The notes below the pieces were generated by a model, which worked only from the letters and a program-made list of their open reading frames with translations, was not told where the DNA came from and made no database searches. Position numbers and translations under genes: made by a program. From an uncultured virus (IMG/VR IMGVR_UViG_2698536638_000003) (Duplodnaviria > Heunggongvirae > Uroviricota > Caudoviricetes), in IMG/VR virus record IMGVR_UViG_2698536638_000003, positions 1 through 64,000 of that record: 64,000 nucleotides of DNA; one strand, given 5' to 3'. Shown here in pieces: positions 47,870-58,662 of the stretch (its first letter is position 1; each line of letters begins with the position of its first letter).

Positions 47870-48360
47870 GCATCAACAAGCCTGACGAACACATGACGGA
47901 GTCGCAGAAGCTGACGGCCGATGCGTTCGTCAATCTCTACGAGATCCAGTTGAAGACCGAGCCGGTCATCATGCTCCTGAGCGACAGTGTGTCCCGCACC
48001 TGGGGCGGCCGGAACTGGGAGATGTTCGGCATCCAGCTGACCGGCGAGAAGCGCTCGGCCGATGGTGAGGAAACCCGGCCCAAGCTGCAGCTGATCAACC
48101 CTGAAGGTGTGTTCAGCACGCTGGTCCGGCAGCGCCTCCTGGACCGCGCCACGGTCATCCGCTACCGACTCCTGCGCGCACACTTCGAAGGTGACGTCCA
48201 GATCTACCAGCGGCGTATGTGGTACGTCTCCCGCATCGCTGATGTCACCGCCGGCCAGTCCATCACCGCAGAGCTGCGAGTGATGACAGAAGGCCCGAAC
48301 AGCAAAATCCCGGCCCGACAGTTCATCCCGCCGGACTTCCCCATGGTGAGGCTCGGCTGA
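47866..48360 (+). CDS. Minor tail protein (gpL-like)
   Basis: VNLYEI...RPKLQL...IPARQ. Confidence 0.7.
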   Translation: MSINKPDEHMTESQKLTADAFVNLYEIQLKTEPVIMLLSDSVSRTWGGRNWEMFGIQLTGEKRSADGEETRPKLQLINPEGVFSTLVRQRLLDRATVIRYRLLRAHFEGDVQIYQRRMWYVSRIADVTAGQSITAELRVMTEGPNSKIPARQFIPPDFPMVRLG

Positions 48361-48875
48361 TGAACTACCAACATCTCCTCGGCCGCAAGTTCGCCTGGGG
48401 ATCGCAGGACTGCTTCGGCCTGATGCGCGACTTCTACCGCGACGTCTTCGGCATCGAACTGCCCAACATTGCCCGTCCAGAGGACTTCTACCAGAAGGGT
48501 CTAAACCTCTTCGGTGAGAACTACAGGAGCATGGGCTTCAAGGAAATTCAGGTGCATCCGTCCGAGATCAAGTTCGGGGATGTGATCGTAGCAGCGATAG
48601 GCTCCACTTTTGGAAATCACTGCGGCACCTTCGTTGAAAATGGCCGTATTCTCCACCACCTGTACGGTGGCCTTTCACAGGTCTCACCGTTCCGGGGAAT
48701 AATGAGGAACAACTGCATCGCGATCTATCGCCATCAGGATGTTCCCAGTGTCGTCGTCACGCAGGCGGAGACACGAGATCTTCGGGACTTTCTTTCGCCA
48801 AGCAAGCAAAAGCTGTTGGATGAACTTCGAGCTGCCCATTCAGGAACTCAAGCAGAAGCTGACGGACGGCCCTGA
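48360..48875 (+). CDS. NlpC/P60 tail assembly protein (gpK C-terminal domain)
   Basis: QDCFGLMRDFY, NHCG and ILHH. Confidence 0.8.
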   Translation: MNYQHLLGRKFAWGSQDCFGLMRDFYRDVFGIELPNIARPEDFYQKGLNLFGENYRSMGFKEIQVHPSEIKFGDVIVAAIGSTFGNHCGTFVENGRILHHLYGGLSQVSPFRGIMRNNCIAIYRHQDVPSVVVTQAETRDLRDFLSPSKQKLLDELRAAHSGTQAEADGRP

Positions 48876-49170
48876 GCGCGTCGGCTTCGTGCTGACGACC
48901 GGTAAGGTTGTCGAGGTCCAGAACATCTGCGCTCACTCGGACAATGGCTTCGAAGTCTCGGGTACAGACCTGGTCAAATATCACGACCAAGTTGTCGCCA
49001 CCTGGCACACCCACCCCGGCCAGAACTCAAACCTCTCGACCAACGATTGGTATGGCTTCAGGAATTACCCTGACTGGCTGCACCTCGTCATCGGCACGGA
49101 CGGCGTGAGCTCGTATCGCGTCGACAAGGGCCGCGTGCTCAACGATCAGAAGTGGGAAAATGAAGGTTAA
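48820..49170 (+). CDS. JAB/MPN tail assembly protein (gpK N-terminal domain)
   Basis: ERVGF...WHTHP...LSTND JAMM motif. Confidence 0.8.
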   Translation: MNFELPIQELKQKLTDGPERVGFVLTTGKVVEVQNICAHSDNGFEVSGTDLVKYHDQVVATWHTHPGQNSNLSTNDWYGFRNYPDWLHLVIGTDGVSSYRVDKGRVLNDQKWENEG

Positions 49171-49687
49171 GGTATTCCTCCACGGATACTTCGCCAAATT
49201 TCATAAAGGCCCGATTGAGGTCAACGCCGCCACCGTCGCCGAAGCGATCGCCCTCATCACTCCCCAGCTCCCAGGCTTCCGTCCCAACGCCGTCCACGGT
49301 CGTCACCGCATCTCCGTTGCAGGCTGCGACAAGGTCGAGGACCTCTACCGGCCGGCCAAGGGCGGTGAGATCCACCTGATCCCGCAATTCACGGGCGGCA
49401 AGAAGGGTGGCTACCTGCAGATCCTGCTCGGTGTCGCGCTTGTCGCGGTCGGCTGGTTCGCGGGGATCGGCTGGCTTCTCCAGGCCGGCGCGCTGGCCTT
49501 CCTGGGGGGTGTCGCACAGATGCTGATGCCGACCCCCAGCAGCGACGATAACCAGAAGAAATCTCACTACATCGGCGCCTCCGACAACACCGTCACCATC
49601 GGGACACGCATCCCGATCCTCTACGGCGAGGACCTGGTTGGTGGCCACTACCTCTCCTTCGACACCGACGCAATTGTAACAGGATAA
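49160..49687 (+). CDS. Tail assembly protein (gpI-like)
   Basis: Ubiquitin-like N-terminus, GGKKGG, hydrophobic segment and GTRIPILYG. Confidence 0.8.
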   Translation: MKVKVFLHGYFAKFHKGPIEVNAATVAEAIALITPQLPGFRPNAVHGRHRISVAGCDKVEDLYRPAKGGEIHLIPQFTGGKKGGYLQILLGVALVAVGWFAGIGWLLQAGALAFLGGVAQMLMPTPSSDDNQKKSHYIGASDNTVTIGTRIPILYGEDLVGGHYLSFDTDAIVTG

Positions 49688-49694
49688 CGGCCAC

Positions 49695-50723
49695 ATGAGA
49701 CCAACCAACGAGAAGATGATTGAGGCGTTCAGCAAGGCCGGAGGTTTCCGTCCAGCTGAACGCATGCTCCGCAGCATGGGGTTTGACATCTCCGAGCGGA
49801 CGCTCCGGCGCGCTCTGGCGAACATGCCCACGGCGGTGGACGAACCCTTCACAGTGGACGACGGTCCCGAGGTCGACATCGAGGAGCTCTTGGAGCGCCG
49901 CATCCGCGTCTTCGAAAAGAAGAACAAGCAGCGCGAGCACGACAAGCTTATTCCGGTCAAGGTCAACATCGACGGCCCTATCGGCCTGGGCTTCATGGGT
50001 GACCCCCACGTCGACAGCGACGGCTGCAACATCAAGCTGCTGCTCAAACACACCGAGATCTTCGACGGTCGCAACGAGGGCATGTTCGGCACCTGCCTGG
50101 GCGACATGTGGAACAACTGGTCCGGCCGCCTCGCACGCCTCTGGTCCGAGCAGACCACGGATGGTTCGGAAGCCCGCGCGCTCGTCGAATACTTCCTGAA
50201 CCGCGTCAACTGGATGTTCGTGATCTATGGCAACCACGACCTGTGGTCCGGCCATTCGAAGATCCTCGACCAGATGCTGGCCGGCAACTGTGGCGCCGCC
50301 CGCGACTGGCGTGCCCGCGTCGGCCTCCGGTTCCCCAACGGCCGCAAGTTGGGCATTTACGCTGCCCATGGCTTCCCCGGCAACTCGATGTACCTGAAGA
50401 ACTTCGGTGCCGTGAAGAAGGCGCTCTTCGACGGGCAGCACGACATCTACGTCTCGGGCCACATCCACTCGGCCGGCTACACGCTGGGCGCGCACCCCGG
50501 CGCCGAGCGCGCCTTCCACGCCGTCCAGGTCGGCACCTACAAGGAGATCGACAGCTTCGGTGACGCGATCGGTGCGGAGAACCTGAACCTCTACACCTGT
50601 CCGGTCGCCCTGGTCGACCCCTACGCCACGTCGCCGCTCAACTACATCCGCTGGGAGTTCGACCCGGAGCAGGCAGTTGATCGTCTCGCATGGATGCGCA
50701 AGCGCTGGTCTGAGGCTCGGTAA
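49695..50723 (+). CDS. Calcineurin-like metallophosphoesterase with N-terminal HTH-like segment
   Basis: GDPH, GD, GNHD, AHG and GHIH metal-binding motifs. Confidence 0.85.
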   Translation: MRPTNEKMIEAFSKAGGFRPAERMLRSMGFDISERTLRRALANMPTAVDEPFTVDDGPEVDIEELLERRIRVFEKKNKQREHDKLIPVKVNIDGPIGLGFMGDPHVDSDGCNIKLLLKHTEIFDGRNEGMFGTCLGDMWNNWSGRLARLWSEQTTDGSEARALVEYFLNRVNWMFVIYGNHDLWSGHSKILDQMLAGNCGAARDWRARVGLRFPNGRKLGIYAAHGFPGNSMYLKNFGAVKKALFDGQHDIYVSGHIHSAGYTLGAHPGAERAFHAVQVGTYKEIDSFGDAIGAENLNLYTCPVALVDPYATSPLNYIRWEFDPEQAVDRLAWMRKRWSEAR

Positions 50724-53700
50724 TGAAGAAATTTGCAGGCAGCGGCTTCGGTGGTGGCGGGAGCAATGACCCCGACAGCTATTTCAGCGATGATATCATC
50801 GAAGCCGTTCTTGCGATTTCGGAAGGCCCTATCAAGGGCCTGAAGGGCAACAGCTCCAAGAACTTCTACATCGGCGAGACGCCGCTGCTCAACGCCAACG
50901 AGAAGACCAACTTCTCGAACTTTGAACTCGACGTGAACAAGGGCTCGGCGCAGGGCGAGCTCATCGTCTTGTCCCTGGGCGGCCAGGCGATCAGCACGAC
51001 GGTCAGCAGCAGCCTTGCTCAGTTCATCCCGGTGGTTCGTCAGGGTTCGCAAGTCGACATCGACTGGCTGGAGCTGCGCGTCATCGTCAACGCGCTCTAC
51101 CACAGCAAGGATGATGGCACGTCGGCTAAAAGTCTGGATCTCAGGATCCAGATCAAGCCATCCACCAGCTTGGACTGGACACTCCCGGTGCTCTATTCCG
51201 ACCTGGGGACGACGACACAGGCATACGAAAACAGCATCAAGGTCGTCCACCGCGAGGACATCGTGTCGGCCATGACCACTGGTCGCACGCAGGTGGTTTA
51301 CAACCAGTCGACCCAGCCAAACCCCACCTCGGACGAGCGTAGCTTGCCGGCCGCCTACGGTCACCGCGTGTGGTGGATCGATGCCGCGAACGGTGAATTC
51401 AACCCTCGGTTCTACTCGAACGAAGCCTTCTTCCTGCCTGACGGCCTGTCGCTGGCCGGGACGGTTGGCCAAGAGGTCGCCACCTTCGACGACGTGAACT
51501 ACATCGCGCTCATCGACCCCAATCGGTCGGACATCAAGCGCAGCATCTATTTTTGGACGTCAGGCACGCCCTCCAGCGCGCGTGTAGGCGATCTCTGGTA
51601 CGATCCGACGTCCAGCCGCCTGTTGTGGTTCAACGGCGCTGCCTGGGTCAACACGCTGCCTGCGGAGGGCGCCTACGATCCCACCGCCGGCGCGAAGGTT
51701 GTTTCCCAGAACGGCATCCTTCATATCCACGAAAAGATCTCGTCGAACGCGGTCAAGGAAGTGCGCGTCAAGGTCGACAGGATCGGTGTCCCTTACGACA
51801 TCCGCATCACCAAGCTGACGCCGGACTCTGAAGACAGTGGCGATGACCGCACCGACGTCTCCTGGGAGAGCTTCCAGGAGATCAAGGCCGAGCCGCTGCT
51901 GTTCCCCAACCTGGCCACCATCCGGCTGAAGGGCCGCGCCAGCGATCAGTTCTCCAGCCTGCCCACGCTCCAGGGCGTCTACGAGGGCCGTGAGATCAAG
52001 GTCCCATCGAACTACAATGTGGCCGAGCGAACCTACGAAGGCGTTTGGGACGGAACCTGGAAGGTCGCCTATAACAACAACCCGGCCTTCGTCGGCTACG
52101 ACCTGATCGAGAACGACCGCTACGGCATGAGCTCGACGTACCCGGTCACGCTGGACCCGTTTGACGTCTACGAGGCCGGACAGTGGTGCGACCTCCGGCT
52201 CCCCAATGGCAAACCGCAATTCACGTTCAACCAGCTCATCAAGGACCCTCAGTCCCCGCGCGAGCTGGCCACCTATGTGTTCGGCACCTTCGGCGGCCGG
52301 TTCTTCGACGACGGCAACGGCTACGCTCGGCTGCGGATCGACAACGGCCAGGCGCCGGCTGTCCATCTGTTCGCCGCGGAAAACATCAAAGGCTCCTTCA
52401 AATATTCCTACACGGAGATCGAGAGCCGGATCAACGATTACACCGTCTCCTTCAAGAACCCGGCGCTCTTCTACGTCGAAGACCGGCGTCGGGTTTACGA
52501 TCAGCCGTCGATCGACGCCTATGGCCGCGCGCCGGATGATTTCGTCGCCGTGGGCTGCAACAACGCCGACGAGGCGGTCTACCGCGCCACGGTCAAACTG
52601 TTGTCGGACCAAACCGAGGTCGAGACCGTCACGTTCGAGACGGCGCGCGAGGGACTGTACCTCGAGCCCTACGACATCATCCTCATCGCCGACGACACGA
52701 TGGACGAGGTCATCTCGGGCCGCATCAGCAGCACCGATGGCGAGTACACCATCTTCCTGCGCGACAGCGTGTTCCTGGAGGATGGGTTCGACCACGAGAT
52801 CGTCATCAACCTGAACCAGTTCGAGATCGCCACGCTGGCGATCGACGTGGTGTCGGTGGGTCGGGCNCCACGAGATCGTCATCAACCTGAACCAGTTCGA
52901 GATCGCCACGCTGGCGATCGACGTGGTGTCGGTGGGTCGGGCTACCAAGGTTCTGAAGCTGGTTGATCCCATGCCTTCGGGTATCCCGGCTCAGGCTGTG
53001 TTCTCGATCGGGCGGGGCGCCAAGCCTTACCGGGTGCTCGCTATTGGCGAAGGTGGCGAAGGCGACAGCGGCGACGACGAGAGCGTCACTATCACCGCGA
53101 TCGAAGTCAACCGGACGAAGTACGCTGTCGCGGCCGAGTCTCCTGGTTCGGTCGTCATCGACATCCCGGAATTCCCCACCGATCTGTCGGCCGTCACCAA
53201 TGCGCGCATCACGCCGTTCACCGAAGTCCGCAACGGTCGCCCGGTGCAGAACCTGCGCGTCGAGTGGGACGCACACCCCAACAAGTTCGTGCGTAGCTAC
53301 TCGATCAGCTCGCGCTTCGCCGACGACCAGTGGCAGTTCAACGGCGAGGTGAAGAACCCGCGCTTCGAACTCTATGATGTCAAGCAGGGCCGCTACCTCT
53401 TCTCGATCCAAGCCCTGGCGCTGACCGGGCAGAAGTCTGTCGTCGGCTATGCCGACATCGATCTGAGCGGCGAGGTCCGCACGGTGGCCCCCATCAAGAA
53501 CCTCGTTCTTACCAACCAGTCGGGCCTCAACGGCGCAATCCACCTCTTCGACGACGTCCATGCAGATCTGCAGTGGGAAGCTGGCGACAGCGATCCGGCG
53601 CTCTCCTCCTACCGCGTCCAGATCTTCGACGACGGCGAGGTGCTCCTGCGTACGACGTTCGTAGGCGTGCCGGCGTTCTCCTACACGACGTCGATGATCC

Positions 53701-55781
53701 GCACCGATGCGGCCTCCCGCCAGCTGCGCGTCGAGATCACAGCCTTCGACCTCTTCGGCAACAACTCGGCCACCGTCTCACTGGTGATCAAGAACCCTGC
53801 GCCCGCTGCCCCGCTGGTCGCGGCCTCGCGCGGCTTCGGGTCCGTCTCGTTCGCTTGGCCGATCGAAGGCTTGATCGACTACGTCGGCGCCCTGGTCTGG
53901 ACCGCGACCGAGCCTGGCATCGACCCGACCTCGCGCCCGCCCGACATGGACATCAACAGCAACACGCTGTCGGTCGCGGTGGAGAGCGAGAGCTCCTGCT
54001 ACGCCGTGGTCGCGCTCTACGACACGATGGGCAAGACCGAGCTGAACTACAGCCAAGAGGTCTTCGCGCAGTCCTATCAGACCGTGGACACTGAACCACC
54101 GGCCGACCCCACCGGCTTGGAGCTGTCTTCGCGCCTGGAGACGGTCGACGGCGTCGTGCAGCGCATGATCCTGGTGGCTATCCTGGACCCGGCGGCTGAT
54201 GAGGACTTCGGATATTTCGACTTTGAGATCAAGCAGAACGCCGGGAACTGGGTGAGCTTCACGTCCAGCACGCCGACCTTCGAATGGACCGTGCTTCCTC
54301 TCCAGACCTACAAGGTCCGCGCTACCGCGGTTGACCAATTCGGCAACCGCTCTGGCATGACCGGCGAAGTGACCCTGGTCACGCCTGAGTGCCCCGAGCT
54401 GGCCGACCTGATCAACGCTGGTTCGGTCTCGATTGAGGGCGGCAAGATCCGCATCGAAGGCGAGACCATGCTGTCGGACTGGCGCAACCCTGGTGACCTG
54501 ACCACGATCGACGGCAACCAGTTGGGGACTGGTACCGTGACAGCCGAGAAGGGCGTCTTCAGCACGCGCCGCGGTATCGTGGTCGAGGACATCACGTTCG
54601 ACTACAACACCCCGTCCTTGAACAAAGTCGCCTGGAGCTCAGGCGTCGTCCGGTACACGGGCAACGACGGAAACACGGCTACCCGGAACACCGTGGCTGG
54701 TGGAGCGACCTGGACGGCTGGGACCGTCTTCATCTGCTACGTGCAAGGCGCCACGGCACTGACGGCGACGACCGACCCGCTGGTGGCGTTCGGCAGTAAC
54801 GCAGTCGTGCTGGCGACCTACAAGGGCGACAAGCACCTCGTGGGTGATTACGGCCAGACGATCATCGACGGCGGCCAGCTGAAGACCGGCACGGTCATCG
54901 CTGACCAGGCGCGCATCAACTCCATTGACGCCAACGCCATCCAGACGGACGCCATCAAGGCCCGCCACATCGCGGCCGGCGTGATCACCGCCGACAAGCT
55001 GACGATTGGTAATGGCGCAAACCTTCTGGAGAACACCGACCACGCCGCCGGCCTGACCAGCTGGAGCCAGACGAAGAATGGCACGCAGCACGACGGGCTG
55101 ATCCTTTGGACGGGCTCGCAATGGACGCCGATCGGTGGCGCTCTCAGTCAGCATCAGTCAGGCGCCACTGTCACCGATTACGCCGACATCAACTACGTCA
55201 ACAACGCTGGCGCCTTGCGCTATTTCCCCTGCTATGCGGGCCAGCGCTTCGAGCTGTCGGCCTACGTGGCAACGCATCGCTGCCAGGTGACGATGTATAT
55301 CGAGTGGCTCAACAGCGCCGGCGTCCCAATCGCCTATTCCAGCACCGGTGCGCTGACGGTTGGAAGCAACGTCGGTGATTACTCCATGAGCAGCTACTCT
55401 CGCGCGTTGCTGTTTGCCGTCGCGCCCGCGGGTGCAGTGTCGTTTCGGCCGTTCTTCCGCAAGCTCGGCACCCTGGCCGGGTTCGGCTACGTCGACAGCT
55501 ACGCCTGGTGGACGCATATGTTCCTGGGCATGGCCAACGCCAATCAGACCGAAGCTACCCCGTGGAGCATCGGCGGCGTCACGCAGATCGGCCCCGGCAA
55601 CATTAAGACGGACAACCTGTCGGCGATCTCTGCTGACCTGGGCAACATCAACGCCGGTGCCATCAACATCAACAACCGGTTCATCGTCGCCAGCGATGGC
55701 ACGGCGACAATCCGGTCGGCTACAAGCGGAGCCCGCCTGGAGCTCACCAGCACCCGCATCCTGGTCGTGGATAACACCTGA
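50723..55781 (+). CDS. Central tail fibre / tip hub (gpJ-like), split by an assembly artefact
   Basis: ISEGPIKG, YNNNPAF and FNIII-like repeats; removing the N plus one 75-bp copy leaves a single 1660-aa ORF. Confidence 0.88.
52792..52942 (+). repeat. Exact 75-bp duplication flanking a single N (scaffold junction)
   Basis: 52792-52866 equals 52868-52942; N at 52867. Confidence 0.9.
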
Positions 55782-56221
55782 TGGCCAACCGTGTGCTCAT
55801 TGGCTCGTTTGCGGGCGACCAGGTTCTCCGGATCAGCAGACCCGGCTTCGACGTGCTCGATGACACGCTCGATTTGAACTCCGTCGCCTTTGACAGTCGT
55901 TGGTCAGAGGTCGGCAACGTCGTGATGTCCGGCTCGGGCCTCACCACGCAATCCAATGGCGGCACCAACTGGAAGACGGTCACTTTCCCGACGCCCTATC
56001 CAGCAGGTGTGGTTCCCTTGGTGATTTGCTGGTTCAGGGCGTCAACAAGTGGGGGCATAATCTATCACAATTTGGGAGCGGCTCCATACGCGACTGGTCA
56101 ATCTGGGTATATTTTCCAGACGTCCCTCTTTGTTGATGAAACTCACTTCCAGTTTGGCCCCTTCAATCAGACAACCGTAATTCCGTTCAACTACTTCGTC
56201 ATGGATAACTACTATGGCTAA
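55781..56221 (+). CDS. Tail-tip small protein, paralog 1
   Basis: MANRVLI...ISRPGFDV...FDSRW. Confidence 0.7.
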   Translation: MANRVLIGSFAGDQVLRISRPGFDVLDDTLDLNSVAFDSRWSEVGNVVMSGSGLTTQSNGGTNWKTVTFPTPYPAGVVPLVICWFRASTSGGIIYHNLGAAPYATGQSGYIFQTSLFVDETHFQFGPFNQTTVIPFNYFVMDNYYG

Positions 56222-56579
56222 CCGCATCATTATCGGGGAGAGGGCGGGTGATTACGGCATCTTCATCTCAAGGCCGGGTGTGGATGTGCTCACCGCAACC
56301 GGGGGTCAGCTATTGTTGGACACCACGCGGCGTCCTCTTCAGCTTGTGCAGACCGGAGCGCTAGTACTAAATGGCTCGTTTACGACGGTTGCTTTTCCAA
56401 ATCTCGGCTTCAAACCGGTGATATTGTGGAGCACGGACTATAACACGGGAAGCTTGAACGGAAGCTTTATTCCGCTGCGTCTCTATTTCCCGTCAGCAAC
56501 AACTTTCAATGTCTGCGGATCCGACAACGGCTGCAATGTAACTTACGGAATTACCAACCTACCAGTGGATGCTTTTTGA
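56214..56579 (+). CDS. Tail-tip small protein, paralog 2
   Basis: MANRIII...ISRPGVDV. Confidence 0.7.
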   Translation: MANRIIIGERAGDYGIFISRPGVDVLTATGGQLLLDTTRRPLQLVQTGALVLNGSFTTVAFPNLGFKPVILWSTDYNTGSLNGSFIPLRLYFPSATTFNVCGSDNGCNVTYGITNLPVDAF

Positions 56580-56941
56580 TGGCCAACAGAATTATGATCA
56601 CGGCAGACCAGGTGACAATCTCCAAGCCCGGTGTGGATGTGACGACCGCGACTGGTTCCGATCTCCTGTTCGACAGTAGGTGGGGCAACGGCAAGGTCTG
56701 GTCCAAGGGCGAAGTTATTCTCGCAGGCGGCTCCGGCTGGAAGTCTATTCCCTACGGAAGGACGTTCACCACGAGACCTATGATCGTCTTCAAGTGGAAT
56801 GGAAGTGTGTTCATGAGTAGTTGTAGCTACTGGGGTCAAACACTATATCTGGTGATCAATTGCTTCAACAACGAGTTCCGGTATATCCGGCAAGAAAACC
56901 CCCGAGAGCTGCAATACTGGATTTTGGATTGGAACCTATGA
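56579..56941 (+). CDS. Tail-tip small protein, paralog 3
   Basis: MANRIMI...ISKPGVDV...FDSRW. Confidence 0.7.
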   Translation: MANRIMITADQVTISKPGVDVTTATGSDLLFDSRWGNGKVWSKGEVILAGGSGWKSIPYGRTFTTRPMIVFKWNGSVFMSSCSYWGQTLYLVINCFNNEFRYIRQENPRELQYWILDWNL

Positions 56942-57420
56942 TCATCGAGCACGACGAAAAAGGCATGATTGAACACATCATCAGCGACCCGGTGAACGAA
57001 GAGGTGAGGGCCTTCTATCTCGCCCAAGGCGCAGTGGACTTCCCACCTGTGAAACTGCCCCCGGAACCCGCCATCCTCAACGGAGTGCCCGTGCTCGATG
57101 AGGCCGGCCAGCCGGTGATGACGGAGAAAGTCGCCTACATCAAGTGCCGGCTCACGGAGGACTACATTCTCGATGGCGCGATCACGCCACGTCCAGTCTT
57201 CGACGTGCCTGACGAGATCGAGTTGATCGCTGACGGCATCGACGTGAAAACCTTCGCCGTTCCCGACCCATGCGAGGCACGCCTCGACGGCGAACCCATG
57301 ACGATCACTGGCGGCAGACTGGATCTCAGCTCCGACATGCCGGCTGAATACACGCTGGAGCTTATCCAGTGGCCCTACATCGAGAAGACCGTGAAGGTGA
57401 CCGCCCATGCTCCTGAGTAA
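56938..57420 (+). CDS. Hypothetical tail-associated protein
   Basis: Acidic 160-aa coupled ORF. Confidence 0.6.
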   Translation: MIIEHDEKGMIEHIISDPVNEEVRAFYLAQGAVDFPPVKLPPEPAILNGVPVLDEAGQPVMTEKVAYIKCRLTEDYILDGAITPRPVFDVPDEIELIADGIDVKTFAVPDPCEARLDGEPMTITGGRLDLSSDMPAEYTLELIQWPYIEKTVKVTAHAPE

Positions 57421-57796
57421 GAACCTGGCGCCCCTCCGTGCCGCCGCCCTGGAAAAGATCGACAACTCGGCCGGTGAGGTACGCAAGCGGTTCATCACCT
57501 CCGCGCCTGGCCAGGAGATGGTTTATCAGCAGAAGCGTGTCGAGGCCGAGCTGCTGATGGCGCAGCTCGACGTCGCGCCCGCCGAGATCCCGCACATCGT
57601 CGCGGAGGCTTCACTGAACGGGATCACACCCTACGACCAGGCCGTGGTGGTGCTGACGATGTCGCAGCAATGGATGGTGATCTCCGCGCAGATCGAGGAG
57701 ACCCGCCTGGCCGCGAAGCAGGCCGTAGCGGCGGCGATGAACCCGGCCGCCATCGAGCTGGCCTCGACGATCGACTGGTCTGCGTATCATGCCTAA
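57407..57796 (+). CDS. Tail fibre assembly chaperone-like protein
   Basis: Helical; PGQEMVYQQK...EA pattern and an IDW ending typical of Tfa-like proteins. Confidence 0.55.
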   Translation: MLLSKNLAPLRAAALEKIDNSAGEVRKRFITSAPGQEMVYQQKRVEAELLMAQLDVAPAEIPHIVAEASLNGITPYDQAVVVLTMSQQWMVISAQIEETRLAAKQAVAAAMNPAAIELASTIDWSAYHA

Positions 57797-57968
57797 GCGC
57801 GACAAGGGCATCATCGCCTACGGCACCGACGAGGACCGCGCCAAGCTCGCGGTGCTCTCCAGCCTCACAGGGAAGACGTCCTCCGACTGGATCATCCAGG
57901 AGGTCCGCAACCAGTACGCCGCGGCCTTTGGTGACACCCCTCCAGAACGCATCATTACGCAGCAGTAG
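57789..57968 (+). CDS. Small RHH-like protein (59 aa)
   Basis: IIAYGTDEDRAKLAVLSSLTGKTSSDWIIQEV ribbon-helix-helix-like pattern. Confidence 0.45.
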   Translation: MPKRDKGIIAYGTDEDRAKLAVLSSLTGKTSSDWIIQEVRNQYAAAFGDTPPERIITQQ

Positions 57969-58020
57969 CGATGAACAATATCTTGCCTGCCGGCTTATAT
58001 AGCCAGGAGGATTTTAAGGG

Positions 58021-58371
58021 ATGTTCATGTCTACCGAAGAGCTCAAAGGCGTCGTCATAAACGGCAAAACTATCTCCGCCGCGGTTGGTGTGTTCGCCAT
58101 CGTTTCGATGCTCTTCGGGGCGGTCTCCTACGTGACTTACCAGAGCTTCGAGTTGGCTCAGGCCAAGTCTGATATCGTCAAGCTGGACATCAAGGTGGAC
58201 ACGGCAGTCGCGAAGCTTCAGGCCCAGCTCGAAGCGTCCAACCAGCAGAGCCGCCAGGACACCAAGATGATCCTGGACAAGGTCGAAGCGATGACCGGCG
58301 AGATGACCAAGCTGACGATCGCCGTGAGCAACGTCCAGTACAAGCAGGACAACACCCCCTCCAAGCAGTGA
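58021..58371 (+). CDS. Single-TM coiled-coil protein (holin/antiholin candidate)
   Basis: One hydrophobic helix plus a coiled coil, upstream of the lysis genes. Confidence 0.55.
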   Translation: MFMSTEELKGVVINGKTISAAVGVFAIVSMLFGAVSYVTYQSFELAQAKSDIVKLDIKVDTAVAKLQAQLEASNQQSRQDTKMILDKVEAMTGEMTKLTIAVSNVQYKQDNTPSKQ

Positions 58372-58428
58372 TGCACAGCGCAGCACGCCCGACCGAACAA
58401 CGGTCGGGCTCGGCCCCATATAACGGGC

Positions 58429-58662
58429 ATGAGCAAGTGGCTACACCCCGACTGGTATAAGACGTTGCGTTACGCCTGGAGCGTACGCTTCATCGCACTC
58501 GCCGGTCTCTTCTCAGGGCTCGAGGCCCTGCTGCCTTATCTCCCGGCTTTCGTGGCGATCTCACCCCAGCTCCTGGGCGCGCTGACCGGCATCTGCGTGG
58601 CGCTTGCTTTCATCTTCCGCACGTTCGTCAGCCAGAAGGTTTTCAGAGATGCCGATCAATAA
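58429..58662 (+). CDS. Holin (two TM helices)
   Basis: RYAWSVRF... two hydrophobic segments; overlaps the endolysin start. Confidence 0.7.
   Translation: MSKWLHPDWYKTLRYAWSVRFIALAGLFSGLEALLPYLPAFVAISPQLLGALTGICVALAFIFRTFVSQKVFRDADQ

Noticed and set aside
52792..52942. Apparent frameshift or tandem duplication splitting the gpJ-like gene
   Set aside because: An exact 75-bp duplicate around a single N is typical of an unmerged contig overlap; removing 76 nt restores one ORF. It is not a pseudogene or phase-variation site.
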